In this document: positions 62,801 to 64,000 of the stretch, piece after piece
Position numbering within the stretch: position 1 is the stretch's first letter
Layout: every line of letters starts with the position of its first letter
DNA from: Ascidiella aspersa
Taxonomy: Eukaryota
Direction of reading: 5' to 3'
Length of the DNA: 64,000 bases
Assembly (NCBI GenBank): GCA_963924565.1
Contig: OZ004607.1
Span: 31,496,001 to 31,560,000, forward strand
Translations under genes and position numbers: made by a program
Notes under the pieces: model-generated
Seen by the model: only the letters and a program-made list of their open reading frames with translations
What the model was told of the DNA's origin: nothing
The model's database searches: none

Positions 62801-63805
62801 CACAAATTAAACGTTAGTTCAGTGGTTCTTTAACTGGGGGGCGCTAGAAATTGACAAGTTCTGTATGAATTATGACTAAACATTTAGGCGAAGTGATATT
62901 TTCCTGCTACTAATCCTTAAATTAAACATTTGGTATCCAAAAAACAGTTACATCATTCGCAATAATGCAACTTACCTGGAAATAAATTTCTGTTCTGCTT
63001 TTTTTTTTTTGAAACTAGGTGGGGCGCGAGTTTTGTTAAAATTGCAATCGGAGGGCATGTCTCAAAAAGTTAAAAACCACTGCGTTAGATGGATGTATTT
63101 AACAATACCATCGAACGGTAAATGTAAATACTAAGTATAGATAGACCGATATATCGGTTTACCGATAATATTGGCCGATATTTGGCTTCTAGCGATATAT
63201 CGGTATCGGCAAATGTAGGCCGATACGTTGGCTGAAATTTGACTACAAAAATATGATATATTTTTTGCTGTACAACAAACAACTTACCCATGTTAGATTA
63301 AAAAAATAGGGTTTTAGCATCACGCCAAGTTAATATGCAAAATAATAGTTTAATTAGAATAAAGGTGTATAAACTAAAACGTTATTTGGATTTTATTTAT
63401 AATTAATTTAAGTTTTGAACACTTTTTCTAGGTATGTAAAAAAATCGGTATCGGGTATCAGTATCAGTCCAAAAAAGGGATATCGGTCGATCTCCAATAC
63501 TAAGTATATATTTGTGTGGAAGGAACCCAAATCACTAACCAAATATATCTTTATAATGAATTGCAAAGCCAAAAAGGTCGAGTAGATCGACATCATCTTG
63601 ATTAGGACGTTTTTATAAGTATATATTTGTATTGAAGGAACCCAAAGCACTACGACTTATTCGCCACCGGCCACGGCTCGTACGACTTCACGAAGCAGGG
63701 ACGTGGAATGCTGCTCTTCTACACGCTCAAGAATCCCTCGCACCCCGAGTACATTTACTCCACTGAGAGCGGAGTCATGTGCCTCGACATCCACCCGCTC
63801 TACCA
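56801..63805 (+). CDS. DNAI1: Axonemal dynein intermediate chain 1 (outer arm, WD40), 5' part; continues beyond the window
   Basis: Exons 56801-56827, 57449-57508, 57684-57863, 58331-58464, 58981-59149, 60152-60253, 60910-61042, 61737-61896 and 63638-63805. [76 protein letters not shown] and LKNPS.PEY match DNAI1. Confidence 0.95.
59255..59462. repeat. ~200-bp segment duplicated at ~60668-60875 (adjacent DNAI1 introns)
   Basis: Shared ttttcatttg.gctca...gaaataacctgacaactct...ggttaaaaacttaaattatatatct...tagatattttaaatat. Confidence 0.8.
61111..61398. mobile_element. hAT MITE, same family as 52014-52324
   Basis: TSD ATCTAGAA; shared internal gcggcacccct...ccactctaatcttacacaaaaagttg. Confidence 0.9.
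61954..62201. mobile_element. hAT MITE, uninterrupted sister of 29996-31060
   Basis: TSD ACCTAGAC; single GGTGAACC empty site. Confidence 0.9.
62820..63082. mobile_element. hAT MITE (CAGTGGTT...AACCACTG)
   Basis: TSD CGTTAGTT/CGTTAGAT (7/8). Confidence 0.8.
63136..63496. mobile_element. hAT MITE with CCGATA/TATCGG repeats
   Basis: Imperfect TIR around GACCGATA/TATCGGTC; TSD ATACTAAG on both sides. Confidence 0.82.
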
Positions 63806-64000
63806 GTGAGTGCTGTAGGGCGCGGCCAAAAACAGCGGGTTTGAGGGTTGCAAATTGAAAAAAAAAATCATTGACATAAAAATAAAAGCATATCAACACG
63901 TAATTGGTTAAGGCGTCCGACTATGAAGTACAACTCAACCAAGAATCACAAAAACGCAATATCTGGCAATTAAATTGTTTTATGTGCAAAATTTGAGATT

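Overview
AT-rich, intron-containing animal genomic DNA, most likely a tunicate (ascidian); this is inferred from gene content and intron style, not proven. No prokaryotic features, CRISPR arrays or rRNA were found. Genes reconstructed by hand from GT-AG junctions, in order: (1) a secreted ~780-aa Cys/Pro/Tyr-rich protein with a trefoil-like motif, a GGQGYPT repeat and three TSP1 repeats (+), whose last acceptor reads AA instead of AG; (2) an intronless glycerol kinase 5 (-); (3) five-exon MRPL46 (-); (4) a ~29-kb array of two-exon insect-type arylalkylamine N-acetyltransferase (Dat/iAANAT)-like GNAT genes, with 5 intact copies, 1 frameshifted copy and 2 decayed relics; (5) embedded in that array, an orphan and probably decaying membrane protein with an adaptor-like tail; (6) BCL7 (-) head-to-head with axonemal dynein intermediate chain DNAI1 (+, runs off the window), with an RFX X-box in between. 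The best candidate for an undescribed system is the GNAT array. Most copies end in a peroxisomal PTS1-type tripeptide (SKL/SRL/GKL), one copy lacks it, all replace the catalytic DEPL motif (QHPL in the five intact copies), and pocket residues differ between copies. Non-coding DNA is dense with hAT-type MITEs with 8-bp TSDs, including a triple-nested stack whose empty-site versions are also in the window.
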